A stretch of 44,166 bases of DNA from Treponema sp. (GTDB lineage Bacteria; Spirochaetota; Spirochaetia; Treponematales; Breznakiellaceae). The notes beneath the pieces were generated by a model. It made no database searches. It was not told the DNA's origin and worked only from the letters and a program-made list of their open reading frames with translations. A program made the position numbers and the translations under genes. Within the stretch, counting starts at the first letter, position 1. Every line of letters starts with the position of its first letter. This document shows, one piece after another, positions 40,548 through 44,166 of the stretch. The stretch lies in assembly GCA_009784995.1 (NCBI GenBank), contig WQXE01000001.1, positions 1-44,166 on the forward strand. The letters run 5' to 3'.

Positions 40548-43463
40548 CTATTCCAGACCAAATTCTTTACGTTTTCTAATCAACTCATCATTAATGGTAA
40601 TGGAGTAATCCAGCAATGTTTCTCTAGTATCCTGACCTTCGTTTAAAATACGTCGTGTCGCGTTAATTATATGCCTTGATACAAAGTAACCGCCGGGAAC
40701 TTCCGGTGTTCCTACTGTCCATGCGCGTTGTTCGTCAAGAACCGCCATTTGCTCAGAGCCCCAGGGAAGCTGTCTGAAAGCGTTATAATTAGCGGTCGGA
40801 TAACGGGCGGCAGAGCCCATTAAACTTTCAAGCTCTCGTCCAAATCTAAGTTGTACATCCGCGCTTACCCACCATCTTAAAAATTCCCAGGCTAATTCAG
40901 GATGTTTTGATGATGAGAAGATCATGGAAGCTAAAGCGCCTGTTGGAATTGAACGGTCTACAGAGCCGTCCTCTTTTCTAAGACCGGGCATTCTCGCGAA
41001 GCCCCACAAACCGCGAAGTTCCGGAGCGAAGATTTCCAAGGTGTTAAACCAGGAATAATCGTTAAACGCCAAAGGCATTTCTCCCGTGCGGAAACGGTTG
41101 GTAAAATCGAACATTACAGGAGTTTTATAATGGGTAAAAAACTTTGTATAAAAATCGAAAGCGTCGATAGCGACTTCGGTATCTAAAAGAGTTCGCGACC
41201 CTTCTTCGTTATAAAGTCTTCCGCCTCGCTGGAAAAGATGAGCGAGGAAGTTCGAGAAATCGGGAGCTACAGGGTTAGCTACAGAAGGAACACCTACGTT
41301 CATGTTATTTTTCTGGATGATCGGCATTATATTGATAAGATCGTCCCAGGTATCGGGAAGCTCAATTTCCAGTTCTTCCATAATATCTTTGCGGTAGTAC
41401 ATTACATGGTAATATTGAGTTTCCGGCAGACCATATACGCCGCCCTGGAACATAAACGGAATAATAACACTTTCGTTTAGTTCGCTAATTACCTGGTTAA
41501 AATCCGGGAATTTGGAAATATCCACAACGGCTCCGCGGATAGCGTAGTTAATAATTTCGACATGCGGGACAGTTAAAACCATATCCGGTCCCGTTCCCGC
41601 GACAATCGCGGGCATAACAGCGTCCGGCGCTACAAGTTTTAAGTTAACCCCAATTCTTGACAATTGGGTAAAGTTTTCGTCGATCATCGCTTTTAAAATT
41701 GTGCTTTGATCCCGCCCCGAAAGTACCCAAACTTCGATAACACCGCGAAGGTTGGGATCGCCTCTGCCGAATTTATTGCCAAGACTGTTATAATCGACAA
41801 CGAACGACGCGAAGAAGGATTTAATTTCATGCCATGTTGTGACAAAAAAGTTTTCGTTAATAGGCTGTATTACAGCGTCCTCGGCTGTTATTAAAATATA
41901 GTCAACATCAAGGCGCGCCAGCGAAAGTGATAAAAGGCTGTCGCCAAGAGAGCTTATATTACCTTTAAAGTTGATTAATGTGCTTGGAATCTTGTCAGGT
42001 CTTCTTACGAAATACTCCAATTGGCGCGCGATAGTAAGAGCGACTGCCGCTTCGGCGCTGCGTTCTCCCGAATAACGGGTTAAATCGTCAACTAATTTAT
42101 AAAGAATTTTGCTTTCCAGAGCCATAGCCTCGATAACTTCGGGATAAACATGCTCGACACGGTAATCGCGGAAAACATCAGGTTCAGGACCTGTTAAAAC
42201 AAGTATTTTTCTATAAATGGTGTTCAAACGGAAGACACTTTCTTCCATTGTGTTTAACATATCGCCCATTTCACCGAGTGTTACCTGCATACGCAGTGAA
42301 TTTGAACCTCTTTCAAGAGGGATAAAAATATCGCCTTGAGTATCGGATAATGTATAATGTCTCCATTTATTGGTATAAGCGAAAGGAACCGCCGCCAATT
42401 CTTCACAGATAATTTGTCCGTTAATCATAATGGAACGGTTAGAAACAAAGCCGCGGTTGTAATTCTGCCTTCCCTTGATGGTAATTCGATACATGCCGTC
42501 TTCCGGAACGTCAAAATCCCATTCAATCCACTGACCGGCTATACGCCAGGGTTCTCCGCCAATCATATTAAGGCGAATTCTAGCGACACTCGCGGGGTCT
42601 GTAGCGCCGGATGAACGGTCATAAATTCCGTATAATGATGAATCGCTTCTGCGGTTGGCGTGTTCGCCCTGTATTTTTAATGAATAATTTCTGCGGGTAT
42701 TAGCGAAACGGTTAAGATTAATTCCGGCAAGATATTCGCGGTAAGTAGGAGTTTTTTGCGGAGCTCTTAATGTAAGAGAACGAATCGCCAAAGGCTCGTT
42801 CATACCGACAAGTCTTAGAGTATTTTCGCCTTCATGAAGATAGAAGGTATAAGGCTCTACGATATAACCCAAAGAATCCTTAAACCAAATTGTTTCCCAG
42901 CGCGGTATTTCGATCTGGCGCGGGCGGATATCGTTATCCTGATTGTCGCGTCCAACCGCTCCCGCGTCTCCCCAAACACGGGGGAATGAAAGCCTGTCCG
43001 CTCCCAGGAAGGGAACTTCGCCGTTTACAAAAAACGAACGTTCAATAGGGATTCCGCGCGCTTGAACAGGGAAATATTCCATTTGCACGGCATACATACC
43101 GGCTGTTTGAATATTTACTGTATATTCCACAAAACTTCGTTCCTCGGTAAGTAAAACGCGGGGAGTAATAAAATTGTTTTCCAGGCGGGATACATGATTT
43201 TCGATTACAGAAACGCCTTCGGCTGAGGAATAATTAAAAATATCGATAGGGATATCGTAACGAGCCGCCGGAACATTCGCGTGGCGTTCCATATACCTGG
43301 AATAAATGTTTGTTCTTCCACTGCTGGCTCCGGTTAAATCGAAACCAATATATTTATCAGAGAAATCTTTCTCTTCCCATCCGACAATCAATATAATCAA
43401 CGCTAAAACAGCGGCGATAGCAATAATTCCAATTATTTTACCACGAAGAGAAATTTTATCCAT
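40548..43463 (-). CDS. Large (971 aa) extracellular solute-binding protein with N-terminal CBM-like domains
   Basis: N-terminal TM; two jelly-roll-like repeats (VEYTVNIQTAGMY...LHEGENTLRL; IEWDFDVPEDGMY...LERGSNSLRM); helical linker; C-terminal family-1 SBP (GVYGLPETQ, LPDTWDDL, FRTGEMP, AWEFLRWW). Confidence 0.88.
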   Translation of the reverse strand: MDKISLRGKIIGIIAIAAVLALIILIVGWEEKDFSDKYIGFDLTGASSGRTNIYSRYMERHANVPAARYDIPIDIFNYSSAEGVSVIENHVSRLENNFITPRVLLTEERSFVEYTVNIQTAGMYAVQMEYFPVQARGIPIERSFFVNGEVPFLGADRLSFPRVWGDAGAVGRDNQDNDIRPRQIEIPRWETIWFKDSLGYIVEPYTFYLHEGENTLRLVGMNEPLAIRSLTLRAPQKTPTYREYLAGINLNRFANTRRNYSLKIQGEHANRRSDSSLYGIYDRSSGATDPASVARIRLNMIGGEPWRIAGQWIEWDFDVPEDGMYRITIKGRQNYNRGFVSNRSIMINGQIICEELAAVPFAYTNKWRHYTLSDTQGDIFIPLERGSNSLRMQVTLGEMGDMLNTMEESVFRLNTIYRKILVLTGPEPDVFRDYRVEHVYPEVIEAMALESKILYKLVDDLTRYSGERSAEAAVALTIARQLEYFVRRPDKIPSTLINFKGNISSLGDSLLSLSLARLDVDYILITAEDAVIQPINENFFVTTWHEIKSFFASFVVDYNSLGNKFGRGDPNLRGVIEVWVLSGRDQSTILKAMIDENFTQLSRIGVNLKLVAPDAVMPAIVAGTGPDMVLTVPHVEIINYAIRGAVVDISKFPDFNQVISELNESVIIPFMFQGGVYGLPETQYYHVMYYRKDIMEELEIELPDTWDDLINIMPIIQKNNMNVGVPSVANPVAPDFSNFLAHLFQRGGRLYNEEGSRTLLDTEVAIDAFDFYTKFFTHYKTPVMFDFTNRFRTGEMPLAFNDYSWFNTLEIFAPELRGLWGFARMPGLRKEDGSVDRSIPTGALASMIFSSSKHPELAWEFLRWWVSADVQLRFGRELESLMGSAARYPTANYNAFRQLPWGSEQMAVLDEQRAWTVGTPEVPGGYFVSRHIINATRRILNEGQDTRETLLDYSITINDELIRKRKEFGLE

Positions 43464-43541
43464 AATATAAGAAAACCCCCAAAATGATTGATTTTTCTGA
43501 CATTGCCCACAAAGAACAGGTTAAATTAATCCCATTGTGTT

Positions 43542-43571
43542 ATCATAACCCTAATTTCTATAACATGTCAA
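43542..43571 (-). promoter_or_regulatory. Putative sigma70 promoter of the glycan-uptake operon
   Basis: TTGACA(43571-43566)-18 nt-TATGAT(43547-43542), about 80 nt upstream of ATG 43463. Confidence 0.6.
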
Positions 43572-43662
43572 CAATTTTTAACTATTTTTTAACACAACGG
43601 GGGGGTGACACTTTTTCATTTCTCGCTAAGGGGCAAAGAAATTTCAATTATTTTTCGTTTTC

Positions 43663-43814
43663 GGTCAAACCCTTCGGGTTTGGCTCTTTTAAGGAATGGA
43701 TTTTATGTCCGCTCACGCGGACGTACGGGTCATGCGCCAGAACATATCCGCGCCATATAAGAGTATGGAAAATCTGTTTTTGCGGATTTAATCTTTATTT
43801 TGGCGGAGGCTCTC
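43663..43814 (+). other. GC-richer, hairpin-rich leader upstream of the Rpn gene (candidate structured RNA or element end)
   Basis: Hairpins GGTCAAACCC-TTC-GGGTTTGGCT, TATGTCCGC-TCAC-GCGGACGTA, CCATA-TAAGAG-TATGG and AAATCTG-TTTTTG-CGGATTT, then the GGAGG SD. Confidence 0.4.
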
Positions 43815-44166
43815 ATGGAAGCTAACAGAAACTTTAAAGACAGCGTTTTTACAACATTATTTAATGACCCCGACATCCTTCGGGAATTGTACTGCGCTCT
43901 AGAAGGTATTACACTACCTCCAGACGTACCAGTTTCCATAAACACACTGGAAAATGTGCTGTATTTGGATTTTTACAATGATATTTCTTTTGAAGTAGAT
44001 GGAAAATTAATAGTACTTATTGAGCATCAAAGTACTATTAATCCTAACATGGCTTTACGCCTATTGTTCTACATAACCAGAGTACTGGAAAAGAAGATTG
44101 AAAGCAGAACTTTATATTCCAAAAAACCTGTTTCTATTCCATACCCTGAGTTTTTTGTATTGTATA
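43815..44166 (+). CDS. Rpn/YhgA-family PD-(D/E)XK nuclease (putative transposase-like), partial
   Basis: Not in the ORF track. MEANRNFKDSVFTTLFNDPDILRELYCAL...NDISFEVDGKLIVLIEHQSTINPNMALRLLFY...PYPEFFVLY, open to the edge. D..F, D-x-EHQS and MALR motifs; GGAGG SD at 43805. Confidence 0.88.
   Translation, partial: MEANRNFKDSVFTTLFNDPDILRELYCALEGITLPPDVPVSINTLENVLYLDFYNDISFEVDGKLIVLIEHQSTINPNMALRLLFYITRVLEKKIESRTLYSKKPVSIPYPEFFVLY

Noticed and set aside
43620..43814. c-di-GMP or other known riboswitch
   Set aside because: I could not find the conserved cores of the families I know. Kept only as an unnamed structured leader.
43484..43945. ORFs 43484-43825 (+) and 43730-43945 (-)
   Set aside because: They overlap the operon promoter, the hairpin leader and the Rpn gene, and show no protein-like features.
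1..44166. Impression that CGCG is frequent for such AT-rich DNA
   Set aside because: Cannot be quantified by eye and is plausibly just a GCG alanine codon preference. It would need a codon-corrected k-mer test.

Overview
AT-rich bacterial chromosomal segment. The proteins resemble those of Treponema-type spirochaetes, probably a termite-gut lineage (inference). From left to right: (1) the N-terminus of an MmeI-like type IIL restriction-modification gene cut by the window edge, an alkyltransferase-like (PWHRV) gene and a Cys-rich DUF3795-type gene. (2) A ~19 kb signalling island (1141-20112) with several paralogous hybrid histidine kinases, one split by a single in-frame TAA; it also holds a stand-alone receiver, a LytS-type kinase/response-regulator pair with an MFS permease, a REC-HD-GYP phosphodiesterase and a small HD-domain remnant. 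(3) A housekeeping block: ogt, two 3+3-TM membrane proteins, gpsA and ffh. (4) A minus-strand glycan-utilisation locus (26400-43463): a giant CBM-bearing solute-binding protein, four ABC permeases, an NHL/TPR protein, Yip1 and DUF5696-type proteins, a second solute-binding lipoprotein, a GH130 phosphorylase and a GH3 glycosidase. (5) A structured leader and the start of an Rpn/PD-(D/E)XK nuclease gene at the right edge. The most interesting candidate system is the multi-component glycan uptake apparatus. No rRNA, tRNA or CRISPR array was seen. Family assignments come from recognised motifs; no searches were run.
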